From a virus (Duplodnaviria; Caudoviricetes), in IMG/VR virus record IMGVR_UViG_3300027586_000767, positions 1 to 47,851 of that record: 47,851 nucleotides of DNA; one strand, 5' to 3'. The position numbers and the translations under genes are program-made. Under the pieces are notes generated by a model that was not told the origin of the DNA, searched no databases, and was given only the letters and a program-made list of their open reading frames with translations. Numbering within the stretch: position 1 is the stretch's first letter; each line of letters opens with the position of its first letter. Positions 34,246 through 43,460 of the stretch are shown here, in pieces.

Positions 34246-35817
34246 TTACCGTTTTCCACGACCCACATTACCAACTGGTCTGTCGGATAGCTTAACTACT
34301 TTTTCGGGTTCTACGGCTTGTTGTGTGCCGGCTGCAATTTCGGCATCGACTTTATCACTAGATATTACATCACCTGAATGTCCGTCTGGTCCAGGATCAT
34401 CATAGTCATTTGAATCACGTCCTAATTTGAAACTGAATCCAGCACTACTAGGTTCTACTGCACTAGATTTATTTTCCATAGTAACCACACCTTCAAGTTT
34501 TGAAGGCCACTGTGTAGCGAATGTAATCTCACCGTTTGAATGGTAATCAGTATATTGCTGAATAAAATTCATTTCTAAAACTTGTAAAATAGTATCTGCA
34601 AATTCCGGGATAACTGCTTTACTATTAACTACTTGTGCAATAGTCTTTTTAATGACATAAACCATTTTTCCACCATCGCTGGCTTTTTCACTATGAACAG
34701 TACTTAGTAACGGTTGATAAATTTTAGGTAGACCCAATGATTGAATACCTTTTTCATTTTTTTGACCTTTTATGCTATTGATACTTTCAATACATTGTTG
34801 TTGTAGTCTCGGAGCTTTAACTGAGAAGGGTAAAAACTTATGCCACACTTTGGGTATGCCATTTGAATTAACTGAAAATAGAAAATCCATAATTTTAAAT
34901 GCCTGTACAATTGTACTTGGACCAGTAATATCTTTACCAGCTTGGCATAACTCAATTAATGTGATTGCATTTTTTAATTGTTGATTACGTTTGATTTGTG
35001 GGCTTATCTTTAATCCTGAAATTGCAGGAGCTGCCCCTCCACCTGTACCTTTACTACTGATGTTTAAACTATGACTTGTATTTGGATTAGTAATAGTTGC
35101 ATAACTATCAGCAATATTATTGTTTGCGGCTGAGGGGAAATTAAGAGTTAAATCTCCTATATCCCCGCCTAGCCATTCAATGAATTGTTTCTTTCTAGGG
35201 AAACGTGTACGCTCATACAATAACGCAAGTACGCCTAAATATTCACCTGCATAATCTACGATAGCTTTACGTTCTGATTCTTTTTCTTTTGTTAAAAACT
35301 CAGGTGGCAATTGAACATATTCTCCGGCAACAATATACTCGGCTAATTTAATAACTACCTGACCGTAATCTGTTTTTTGTAGTATTGAATTACCGGCAAT
35401 AGTCTCGTACAAATCTGTTGCTGAAATATCTCTATCAGTAATTCTAATCAAACTTGGTTTTAATAAAACAGACTCTTTAGTACTTCCGCCAAATTCTTCA
35501 TTCTTTGCTAAACGCGCCATTGGAATTTCTTCCCCGTCACGTGTTATAATAGTTGTTTTTTCGCCCGTAAACAATCCATCATTTTTCAGTTTAGTTAATC
35601 GTTTTGCTTCTTTGGGGTCAATGAAAATTTCTGCCCCACTCACGTTGTCAACGAACGGTTGATTAGTTGTTATTTTACTAATAAGCAATGCCCATCTCGC
35701 TGGATCTTTGATAATTTGGGTTGGCGTTAAGCCTTTAGCAAAAAGTGTTTGAGGAGCATTTGGATCCTTCTTTGCGGCTTCTTCTAGGTTTTCTAATAAT
35801 GTTAATAAATCACGCAT
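34246..35817 (-). CDS. Large late protein, possible PD-(D/E)XK nuclease-fold virion protein
   Basis: DYAGEYLG...NIADSY...ISSK; LAKNEEFGG; late TAAATA. Confidence 0.55.
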   Translation of the reverse strand: MRDLLTLLENLEEAAKKDPNAPQTLFAKGLTPTQIIKDPARWALLISKITTNQPFVDNVSGAEIFIDPKEAKRLTKLKNDGLFTGEKTTIITRDGEEIPMARLAKNEEFGGSTKESVLLKPSLIRITDRDISATDLYETIAGNSILQKTDYGQVVIKLAEYIVAGEYVQLPPEFLTKEKESERKAIVDYAGEYLGVLALLYERTRFPRKKQFIEWLGGDIGDLTLNFPSAANNNIADSYATITNPNTSHSLNISSKGTGGGAAPAISGLKISPQIKRNQQLKNAITLIELCQAGKDITGPSTIVQAFKIMDFLFSVNSNGIPKVWHKFLPFSVKAPRLQQQCIESINSIKGQKNEKGIQSLGLPKIYQPLLSTVHSEKASDGGKMVYVIKKTIAQVVNSKAVIPEFADTILQVLEMNFIQQYTDYHSNGEITFATQWPSKLEGVVTMENKSSAVEPSSAGFSFKLGRDSNDYDDPGPDGHSGDVISSDKVDAEIAAGTQQAVEPEKVVKLSDRPVGNVGRGKR

Positions 35818-35836
35818 AATATGTATTTATCTAGAG

Positions 35837-36331
35837 TTAGCACTTAAACAAATCTTGATGTTTAAACCATTTACGCATACTATGTGAAGTTTTTAATGGG
35901 ATTCCGTATCTTTTCATTCTGTCCCTAAATCTAAAGAATGTTGGACCGTGACTCATTAAAAATGCTTTCCCCTTACGATATCTTTTTGGGCCTTCTACGT
36001 CCCATTGATGTTGATGGGCCATTTCATGTGCGATTACAGTTACAAACCATTGCGGACAGAACCATTTATCCATGAGTTCTATCTCACATAAACTTCCGGT
36101 TTCATAGGGAAGTATGTCCCCTAAACACATTCCCCAATATTTCCTACGCCTAGGCATTATGTATATATCGGGCATGTGCAGTTCGCTATAGAATACTTTC
36201 TCATTTAGCAACATATACACATGTCTGGCATCATTTAATGTTGGTCTAAATAGTAGTCTTTTTTGGTTACTTATTGACGGTAACGGGAGATCCATGATAT
36301 CGGGCAAAGAGTATTCAGATAGTTTAAACAT
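35837..36331 (-). CDS. SprT-like Zn metalloprotease
   Basis: LNEKVF..L, HEMAH, HG..F; ATG 36331 5 nt after TAAATA. Confidence 0.85.
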   Translation of the reverse strand: MFKLSEYSLPDIMDLPLPSISNQKRLLFRPTLNDARHVYMLLNEKVFYSELHMPDIYIMPRRRKYWGMCLGDILPYETGSLCEIELMDKWFCPQWFVTVIAHEMAHQHQWDVEGPKRYRKGKAFLMSHGPTFFRFRDRMKRYGIPLKTSHSMRKWFKHQDLFKC

Positions 36332-36401
36332 ATAGATATTTAGCAAAAAAAAATACTATATGGTTCTCCCAATCTAAATACATGTACAAGGAGAAATTAT
36401 C

Positions 36402-36695
36402 ATGGAATTGATTATTGGTGCTATCGTTATCGTAGTTGTTGGATTTTTGATATTTAATCGTAAAAAATCAGAAGAAACCCAGCAAACATTTACTGAAGTA
36501 AAAACTGAGGCTACCGCCGAAGTTGCTAAAGTTGAGGAAGAAGTGGAGGCTGTTGTCGCTAAGGTTGAAGAAGTCAACCCTGAAGTTCCAGCAGTTGCTA
36601 AAAAAGCCAAAACAACGGCAACAAAAGCCAAAGTAGCTGAGGTAGCAACTACAGTTAAAGCTGTTGCAAAACCAAGAGCTAAAAAAACTCAATAA
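36402..36695 (+). CDS. Membrane-anchored Ala/Lys/Glu-rich protein
   Basis: TAAATA and AAGGAG upstream; one TM helix. Confidence 0.75.
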   Translation: MELIIGAIVIVVVGFLIFNRKKSEETQQTFTEVKTEATAEVAKVEEEVEAVVAKVEEVNPEVPAVAKKAKTTATKAKVAEVATTVKAVAKPRAKKTQ

Positions 36696-36721
36696 TGTGA
36701 CTATACACACATTGAATTTGA

Positions 36722-36742
36722 AATAGGGCCACTGGCCCTATT
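36722..36742 (+). terminator. Hairpin, probable terminator
   Basis: AATAGGGCC-ACT-GGCCCTATT. Confidence 0.6.
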
Positions 36743-36756
36743 CCAATAAATAACAT

Positions 36757-37452
36757 ATGGTATTCGGATTTGACATAATAAGTGATTTATATATCACTGA
36801 CCAAAAAACATTTGATTGGGAATACAAACCTACAAGTTTGTATTGCTTGATTCCGGGTAATATTACAAATGACGTTTATATTTTATATAACGTTCTAAAA
36901 CACCTCAGTAAATACTACCAGGGAGTATTTTATATTGATGGATCATTGGACCACAATTTTATATACGAAAAAGAGTTAGTAACTACTGAAATTGGAAAAA
37001 TATGTAATAAAATTAAAAATGTAGTATACTTGCACAATAACGTAGTTGTAGTCGATGGTATTGCTCTATTAGGAGTTAACGGTTGGAACAACAACATAGC
37101 TGTAAATACGGATGATGATAAGTTCCAAATAAAATCTTACAAATATGATGATTTACTATACTTGGAAAAAACGGTAGAACGAATGCAGTTACATGTAGAC
37201 GTTAAAAAAATTGTTATAATATCTAATAGTGTTCCTACAGATAAATTATATTTTGGGGAAGCTCCTTCAAATGAAGAAGATGTGGATTTAACTATGATTT
37301 TGGGTGCTGATACTGAGAAAAAAATTCACACATGGGTTTTTGGACACCATAAAAAAATAGTTGATACCACTATAGACGGTATCAACTATCTTAATAATCC
37401 CTGCTATGATAGAAATCCATATTATGCTAAACGCATAAATGTAGAAATTTAA
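36757..37452 (+). CDS. Degenerate metallophosphoesterase-fold protein
   Basis: ISDLY, PGNI, DGSLDH, WVFGHH, Y.NNP. Confidence 0.7.
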   Translation: MVFGFDIISDLYITDQKTFDWEYKPTSLYCLIPGNITNDVYILYNVLKHLSKYYQGVFYIDGSLDHNFIYEKELVTTEIGKICNKIKNVVYLHNNVVVVDGIALLGVNGWNNNIAVNTDDDKFQIKSYKYDDLLYLEKTVERMQLHVDVKKIVIISNSVPTDKLYFGEAPSNEEDVDLTMILGADTEKKIHTWVFGHHKKIVDTTIDGINYLNNPCYDRNPYYAKRINVEI

Positions 37453-37757
37453 CGTTCCTCAGCTTCGATTTTTACTTGTAGTGGGAAACCCTCGCTACGT
37501 GCATCCAACGTGACTTCAATACCCTTTTGTTCTGCAATTTCGTAGGGCAATACCGCAACAATAGCACTTCCGGATGCATGAATCCCGGTAGTAATATTTT
37601 CAGCGGTGTCACTAGTATAGTTGAAATGATCTATTAAGCTACGTACTACAAAATCCACACTAGTATGGTCGTCATTCATATAAATCACCTTGAACATAGG
37701 TGGTTCAGTAACTTTAATATTGGGTTTAATTCTAATTTTTACATCTGTTTGAGACAT
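37449..37757 (-). CDS. clpS: Clp protease adaptor ClpS
   Basis: P.MFKVIYMNDDHT..DFVV, IH..G.A, EIAEQK, FPL. Confidence 0.92.
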   Translation of the reverse strand: MSQTDVKIRIKPNIKVTEPPMFKVIYMNDDHTSVDFVVRSLIDHFNYTSDTAENITTGIHASGSAIVAVLPYEIAEQKGIEVTLDARSEGFPLQVKIEAEER

Positions 37758-37822
37758 GATTTCGACCTTTAAGAAAAGTGTGCAGTTTCCCGCACACTTG
37801 TATTTACGATAAATCTATTATA

Positions 37823-38275
37823 CTATTTATTATAGTTTATTACAATCTTCTTGGGTAGTTTATCTTCGGGAATTTTTCGTTCTAGATAGACAGTTAATAC
37901 GCCGTTTTTGATGTTTGCTTGTATAATTTCTACGTGTTCGTTAAGTGGAAACTTTTGTGTAAAGTTTCTGTGACTCAACCCACGATAATAATATACATAC
38001 TCATAATTGGTAGGTTCATCTTTAAGATATTGCTCACCCTTAATTATTAATACACTATTTTCTACTGTAACTTCTATTTCTCCTTCATCAAACCCGGCTA
38101 CAGCTACTTCAATAGTAACTGTATTATCACCTGTTTTGATAACGTTATGTGGAGGATAGTTTCCGTGTTGACTTGCACTTATACGCATGATCTCGTCAAA
38201 CATGTTTTCAAATCCAATACCAAATTTATGTATGGTAGGTATATCTAGTGAACGTAATGAAATTTCTCTTGTCAT
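37823..38275 (-). CDS. Small heat-shock protein Hsp20 (IbpA-like)
   Basis: IGF, YPPHN, IEVAVAGF, RGLS.R.F, A...NGVL.V.L, IPE...PKKI.I. Confidence 0.95.
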   Translation of the reverse strand: MTREISLRSLDIPTIHKFGIGFENMFDEIMRISASQHGNYPPHNVIKTGDNTVTIEVAVAGFDEGEIEVTVENSVLIIKGEQYLKDEPTNYEYVYYYRGLSHRNFTQKFPLNEHVEIIQANIKNGVLTVYLERKIPEDKLPKKIVINYNK

Positions 38276-38333
38276 TTTATATCTCCTTTAATAAGCAAGA
38301 TTACTGTTGGGCCCACCCTATGTAGCGCCCAAC
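38276..38333 (-). ncRNA. ROSE-like RNA thermometer in hsp20 5' UTR
   Basis: Hairpin GUUGGGC(G)CUAC/GUGG-GCCCAAC, then UCUU(G)CUU pairing with AAGGAGA. Confidence 0.7.
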
Positions 38334-38339
38334 TTTAAA

Positions 38340-40223
38340 TTAGGAAGTTGCTTCAGCTTCCTTAACTTCTGCATCAACCACATCGTCTTTTTTCTTTTCA
38401 GCTTCTTCAGCATCGTGTTTGGCTTTTGTGATTGGTCCAATTGCTTGGTATAACTCAGTAACTTTTTTGTTGATATCTTCAACATCTTCAGTCACTAATG
38501 CACTTTCTACTGCATCAATAGCTTTAGATGCAGTTTCTTTTTCTTCGGCTGTGACTTTATCACTGTATGTGTTAAAGTCTTTACGGAAATTATTTAGTGT
38601 TGATTCTGCGCCATTACGCACTTGAATCAATTCAACTTGTTTCTTGTCCGACTCAGCATTTTCTTCTGCTTCACGAACCATATTTTCAATATCAGCCTCA
38701 GATAAACCACTATCACTCTTAATTGTGATTTTGTTTTCTTTACCTGTACCTTTATCTTTTGCACTGATATGCATAATACCGTTAGCGTCAATATCAAAGG
38801 TTACTTCAATTTGAGGCATACCGCGTTGTGCTGGTGGAATACCATCTAAGTTAAAATCACCTAGAGTTTTATTGTGCTTGAACAATTCACGCTCACCTTG
38901 ACCAACACGAATAGTTACTGCAGGTTGATTGTCATCTGCGGTACTAAATGTTTGTGAAGCCTTAGTAGGTATTGTAGTGTTCTTTTTGATAACTTTAGTG
39001 AATACACCACCCAATGTTTCAATGCCCAAACTTAATGGAGTAACATCTAACAACAATACATCTTTACGGCCACCACCTAAAACATCACCTTGAATTGCAG
39101 CACCTGCGGCAACTGCTTCATCAGGATTAACATCTTTACGGGGTGATTTACCAAAGAAATTCTCAACCGCTTCTTGTACTTTTGGCATACGTGTCATGCC
39201 ACCAACTAGAATAACTTCGTCAATATCACTATTACTTACACCAGCGTCACGCATGGCAATTTTGCAAGGTTCAATACTGCGCTGGATTAGTTCATCAACT
39301 AGGCTTTCTAGTTTGGCACGACTCAGTTTAATGTTTAAGTGTTTAGGACCGGTAGCATCTGCTGTAACATATGGTAAGTTTACATCAGTTTGGGCACTAG
39401 ATGATAATTCAATCTTAGCCTTTTCTGCTGATTCTTTTAGTCGTTGCAATGCCAACACATCTTTGCTTAAATCAACTCCTGAATCTTTCTTAAATTCATC
39501 AATCAAATAATCCATGATGCGTTGGTCAAAATCTTCACCACCTAAGAATGTATCTCCGTTTGTTGAAAGAACTTCAACTTGTGTGTCACCATCAACATTG
39601 GCGATCTCAATAATTGACACATCAAATGTGCCGCCACCCAAGTCATACACTGCAACTTTACGGTCACGTTTCTCTTGTTTATCTACACCATACGCTAATG
39701 CGGCTGCTGTAGGTTCGTTAATAATACGCAACACTTCTAGTCCAGCGATACGACCTGCATCTTTTGTTGCTTGACGTTGACTGTCATTAAAATATGCAGG
39801 TACAGTGATGACTGCTTGTGTAACTTCATATCCAAGATAATCTTCCGCAGTCTTTTTCATCTTGCGTAGTACTTCTGCCGAAATCTGCGGGGGTGCTAAC
39901 TTATCGTCATTTACTTGAACCCATGCATCACCGTTAGAATTTTCAACGATAGTATATGGCATCAAGTTAATATCTTTTTGTACAGCCTCTTCTTTGAATT
40001 TACGACCAATCAAACGCTTTGCGGCATAGATTGTATTCTTTGGATTAGTAACTGCTTGACGTTTAGCACTTGCACCTACAAGAACCTCATCATTGGCATA
40101 GGCAACGATTGAGGGCGTAGTTCTAGCACCTTCACTATTTTCAATTACTTTGGGGATTCCGTTTTCAATGACGGCTACACATGAATTTGTGGTACCTAGG
40201 TCGATACCGATTACTTTGCTCAT
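38340..40223 (-). CDS. dnaK: Chaperone DnaK (Hsp70)
   Basis: [40 protein letters not shown]. Confidence 0.99.
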   Translation of the reverse strand: MSKVIGIDLGTTNSCVAVIENGIPKVIENSEGARTTPSIVAYANDEVLVGASAKRQAVTNPKNTIYAAKRLIGRKFKEEAVQKDINLMPYTIVENSNGDAWVQVNDDKLAPPQISAEVLRKMKKTAEDYLGYEVTQAVITVPAYFNDSQRQATKDAGRIAGLEVLRIINEPTAAALAYGVDKQEKRDRKVAVYDLGGGTFDVSIIEIANVDGDTQVEVLSTNGDTFLGGEDFDQRIMDYLIDEFKKDSGVDLSKDVLALQRLKESAEKAKIELSSSAQTDVNLPYVTADATGPKHLNIKLSRAKLESLVDELIQRSIEPCKIAMRDAGVSNSDIDEVILVGGMTRMPKVQEAVENFFGKSPRKDVNPDEAVAAGAAIQGDVLGGGRKDVLLLDVTPLSLGIETLGGVFTKVIKKNTTIPTKASQTFSTADDNQPAVTIRVGQGERELFKHNKTLGDFNLDGIPPAQRGMPQIEVTFDIDANGIMHISAKDKGTGKENKITIKSDSGLSEADIENMVREAEENAESDKKQVELIQVRNGAESTLNNFRKDFNTYSDKVTAEEKETASKAIDAVESALVTEDVEDINKKVTELYQAIGPITKAKHDAEEAEKKKDDVVDAEVKEAEATS

Positions 40224-40279
40224 AATTTTCTCCTTTGTTAAGCAAGACTTTTGTTATAGACCCGTTAGGCATCTACAAC
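40224..40279 (-). ncRNA. ROSE-like RNA thermometer in dnaK 5' UTR
   Basis: Hairpin GUUGUAGAU(G)CC/GGGUCUAUAAC, then UCUU(G)CUU pairing with AAGGAGA. Confidence 0.65.
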
Positions 40280-40323
40280 TATATATATTTTACACTGTTG
40301 TGCAAAATATACAACTATTTAGG

Positions 40324-40542
40324 TTAATACAGTTTTTTGGGTAATTGTTGGTCACGTAAATGTTTTTTCCAGCGGCTCTTGGCTTTGCTTTTATCAATTT
40401 TACGTTGTGTAGTAGGTTTGACAAATTCTTGGCGATCACGGACTTCTTGTAATAATCCGGATTCTGTGATTTTCTTTTTAAATTTACGCAATGCTTTTTC
40501 AACATTTCCGTCTGGTCCTACTATAACTTTTCTTCCTGGCAT
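40324..40542 (-). CDS. rpsU: 30S ribosomal protein bS21
   Basis: VEKALRKFKKK...G.L.E...R..F.KPT..RK; C-terminal LPKKLY. Confidence 0.92.
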   Translation of the reverse strand: MPGRKVIVGPDGNVEKALRKFKKKITESGLLQEVRDRQEFVKPTTQRKIDKSKAKSRWKKHLRDQQLPKKLY

Positions 40543-41732
40543 ATTGTTGGTTTAATAACCTGCTCCTTATCTATATTTAGCTTAGTTATGTTTTTATCAC
40601 GATATCCCCTAGTATTAAACATATGACACATCAGCACACGTTCTATTTCGCTATGTAATCCTCGGGCACCAGTTTTTAATTTTAATGTATTTTCTGCTAT
40701 TTGGTCCAATGCATCATCAGTAAATATTAACTCAATATCATCTAAACCCAATAGATACTTATACTGACTTATGTAGTTATTTTTAACATCGGTCAATATA
40801 TGAATTAATTGTTCTTTGGTTAGATTTGCTACACTAACCGTAGTAGTGAATCTACCTACAAATTCTGGAATCAATCCAAATTTAGTAAGATCATCTGGGG
40901 TAACTTCTGATAAGTCACCTTCAACTTTATTATCTTTAATACTTGCACCAAACCCAATACTAGTCCCGTCAGTACGTTTTGAAATAACATCTTTAAGACC
41001 TACAAATGCCCCACCTGCGATAAACAATATATCTTTGGTGTTTACTTCATTCATATCATTTCCGGGATGTTTTCTACCACCCTGACCTGATACTCGGCAA
41101 GTTGTACCCTCTACCATTTTAAGTAATGCTTGTTGCACACCTTCACCGGATACATCTCTAGTGATACTTGCACCTTCACTCTTTCGTGCAATTTTATCAA
41201 TTTCATCAATAAAAACAATACCACGTTCTGCTAATTTAATATCGCCACCGGCAGCATTAATAAGCATATTAATCATAGATTCAACATCATCGCCTACATA
41301 ACCGGCTTCTGTTAAACTAGTAGCATCGGCCACTACAAAGGGCACTTTGAGATATTTGGCGGCTGTCTTAGCAAGTAACGTTTTACCACTACCAGTAGGA
41401 CCCACAATCAACACATTACCTTTTTGTATTTCAAGGTCCTTTGGTGGATTATTGATTCGCTTATAGTGGTTAGCAATAGCTACACTCAAAACAATCTTAG
41501 CACTATCTTGCCCTATAACATGTTCATCTAAGTATTCTTTAATTGATTGTGGATCAAATTTAGGTATTGATGTATCTTCGGGGTCTTTTTGCTCATCTAT
41601 AATTAGATCCTGGCATAATTCAACACAGTCACTACATATAGATACGCCCTCACCGACAACTAATTTTTTTACGGCTTCTTTACTGGCGCCACAAAAACTA
41701 CAGTAATTAATTTGTTTTGCTTCTTCTGTCAT
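40521..41732 (-). CDS. clpX: Clp protease ATPase subunit ClpX
   Basis: C4 zinc domain, [23 protein letters not shown] loop, TGARGL. Confidence 0.97.
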   Translation of the reverse strand: MTEEAKQINYCSFCGASKEAVKKLVVGEGVSICSDCVELCQDLIIDEQKDPEDTSIPKFDPQSIKEYLDEHVIGQDSAKIVLSVAIANHYKRINNPPKDLEIQKGNVLIVGPTGSGKTLLAKTAAKYLKVPFVVADATSLTEAGYVGDDVESMINMLINAAGGDIKLAERGIVFIDEIDKIARKSEGASITRDVSGEGVQQALLKMVEGTTCRVSGQGGRKHPGNDMNEVNTKDILFIAGGAFVGLKDVISKRTDGTSIGFGASIKDNKVEGDLSEVTPDDLTKFGLIPEFVGRFTTTVSVANLTKEQLIHILTDVKNNYISQYKYLLGLDDIELIFTDDALDQIAENTLKLKTGARGLHSEIERVLMCHMFNTRGYRDKNITKLNIDKEQVIKPTICQEEKL

Positions 41733-41767
41733 GTAATTACTTATCAGAACTTTTAATTCCCAAATAA

Positions 41768-42766
41768 TTAATTACATGTATTGTCTGGTGCAAGTGATAA
41801 GGTTACTTTACTCATGTTCTGTAATTCGTTTGATAATTTACTACCATACTTCACTGGTATTTCAATAAAACCCTCATCTAGCATATCACCAACAAGGAAC
41901 CTAGAATTACTATAATTATTGATAGTATCTACTCGGTGCCTAAATCCACCATAGCATTGCGTATAAATTGTTCGATTATTTTTATCTGTAACTGTAGCCT
42001 TAATCATTACGGTGTATGATATTTTTTGTGCTATAGAATTTACCAAATAAGAATCATTAAACCAATATACACGGCTCCCACCTAGCCAATCATTTGGTCC
42101 TTTATACTTCACTGTTATAGCATCGGGACTACCCTGCTTACCGTCTTGTACAATACGTAACGATTCCATAAAGGCTTCTACCCATTCATGATTCATAGTA
42201 ACTTCAAACGGAACTTTTAAGGTTAAATTTCTTTTAGAATCAATCATTGTCTCAGTAGGAAACTGTTTTAATATATATCCATTGGTTAGATAACTATCTA
42301 GTACTGGTTCAATTGCTTTGAATCCGGTGACTTTATTATTTTCGTAACTTTTAAATTTATCACTTATCTTTTTACCTTCGATTACACCACCGGTGGTAGA
42401 TACACCTAGCAATCTTTCAGCAATCTTGCTACTCTTTACCTTTACGTCAACTACCAATGAATATCCTTGACTAGTTTTAGTCTCGCTAATGATTTTATAA
42501 TCATCAACATAACCTGCACTCGCCTTTAAGATTTCATTGCGGATAAGTTGATTGTTGTGTGATTGTCTTTCGGTGATTACAACTGAACCTACCACAATTT
42601 CAATTGCTGTATTAAAGGCATTAGTTTTTGCCTCGTCAATATTTTTACCAGTGCCAAGTACACGTGTGTACTCAGATGGATATCCAACTGTGCCAGAGGT
42701 TTTTTCGACACCATTGCTAGCACATGCTGTAAGAAACAGCATGGCTACTATAACTAGATATCTCAT
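41768..42766 (-). CDS. Lipoprotein (FlgT-N/LPP20-like N-terminal domain)
   Basis: Lipobox LTAC; G.G....EAK.NA...AIE.VVG. Confidence 0.7.
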   Translation of the reverse strand: MRYLVIVAMLFLTACASNGVEKTSGTVGYPSEYTRVLGTGKNIDEAKTNAFNTAIEIVVGSVVITERQSHNNQLIRNEILKASAGYVDDYKIISETKTSQGYSLVVDVKVKSSKIAERLLGVSTTGGVIEGKKISDKFKSYENNKVTGFKAIEPVLDSYLTNGYILKQFPTETMIDSKRNLTLKVPFEVTMNHEWVEAFMESLRIVQDGKQGSPDAITVKYKGPNDWLGGSRVYWFNDSYLVNSIAQKISYTVMIKATVTDKNNRTIYTQCYGGFRHRVDTINNYSNSRFLVGDMLDEGFIEIPVKYGSKLSNELQNMSKVTLSLAPDNTCN

Positions 42767-43389
42767 TTCATTTTGCTAGCAAGTTGGTTACGTGCATCTT
42801 CGCTATCTAAATCCCAACGAATAGTTACAGAAACCTCTTGCACACCAACCACTTCTTCTTTCACTTTGACAAAACCTTTCAGAATTGACCGTGAAGAAGT
42901 TTGAATAGTTTCGGTCAATTGAACGACCGTATCGTTGGTGTTTTCACGTAGACTAATGTTCTTAGCCTCTTTATCAGTCATTTCAACTGACTTGTCATCG
43001 GCTTTACCTGAATTGACTTTATCAGTAGCCTTTTCGATATTCTTTGCAATGGTGTTGTTGACACGATTGGTAGTAATTTCTTTAGTCAAAAATTCACTAA
43101 CATTTGCACTGGCTCGCATTTCTGCTCTAGTCAATGCATTACGCAAATTGTTAGTAGTGTTACCAAAACTAGGTGCAGTACCTGTTGCCTCAATTGCTAC
43201 AATCTTACAATCACGCTTAAGACTAAACCATGTACATTTGGTTTCAACTTTAATATTTTCACTTGTGAAAGAACTGGATAATTTTTGACTAGCAATTGGG
43301 TCACTGGTATTAGTACCATTACCCGTTTTCATACTAGAACATGCACCAAGTGATAGTGCAATAACTAAAACTGAAAGTTTGAATTTCAT
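42763..43389 (-). CDS. Lipoprotein (LPP20-like)
   Basis: ATG 43389 after GAGG; lipobox LGAC; A..RAE.RA, ILKG. Confidence 0.7.
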   Translation of the reverse strand: MKFKLSVLVIALSLGACSSMKTGNGTNTSDPIASQKLSSSFTSENIKVETKCTWFSLKRDCKIVAIEATGTAPSFGNTTNNLRNALTRAEMRASANVSEFLTKEITTNRVNNTIAKNIEKATDKVNSGKADDKSVEMTDKEAKNISLRENTNDTVVQLTETIQTSSRSILKGFVKVKEEVVGVQEVSVTIRWDLDSEDARNQLASKMK

Positions 43390-43420
43390 AAGAACCTCTG
43401 TGTAGTTGAACAATAAAGAT

Positions 43421-43449
43421 AGTATACTACCAAATCGAATTAAAGTCAA
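43421..43449 (-). promoter_or_regulatory. sigma70 promoter
   Basis: TTGACT-17-TATACT. Confidence 0.75.
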
Positions 43450-43460
43450 ATGATTTTGGG

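Noticed and set aside
39196-40555. + strand ORFs over dnaK and rpsU, and alternative-frame 40290-40505
   Set aside because: Shadow frames of well-supported genes
33597-41732. Bacterial chromosome segment
   Set aside because: Gene order is not bacterial (no tig, lon, dnaJ, grpE); interleaved with phage genes, same AT richness and phage promoter motifs
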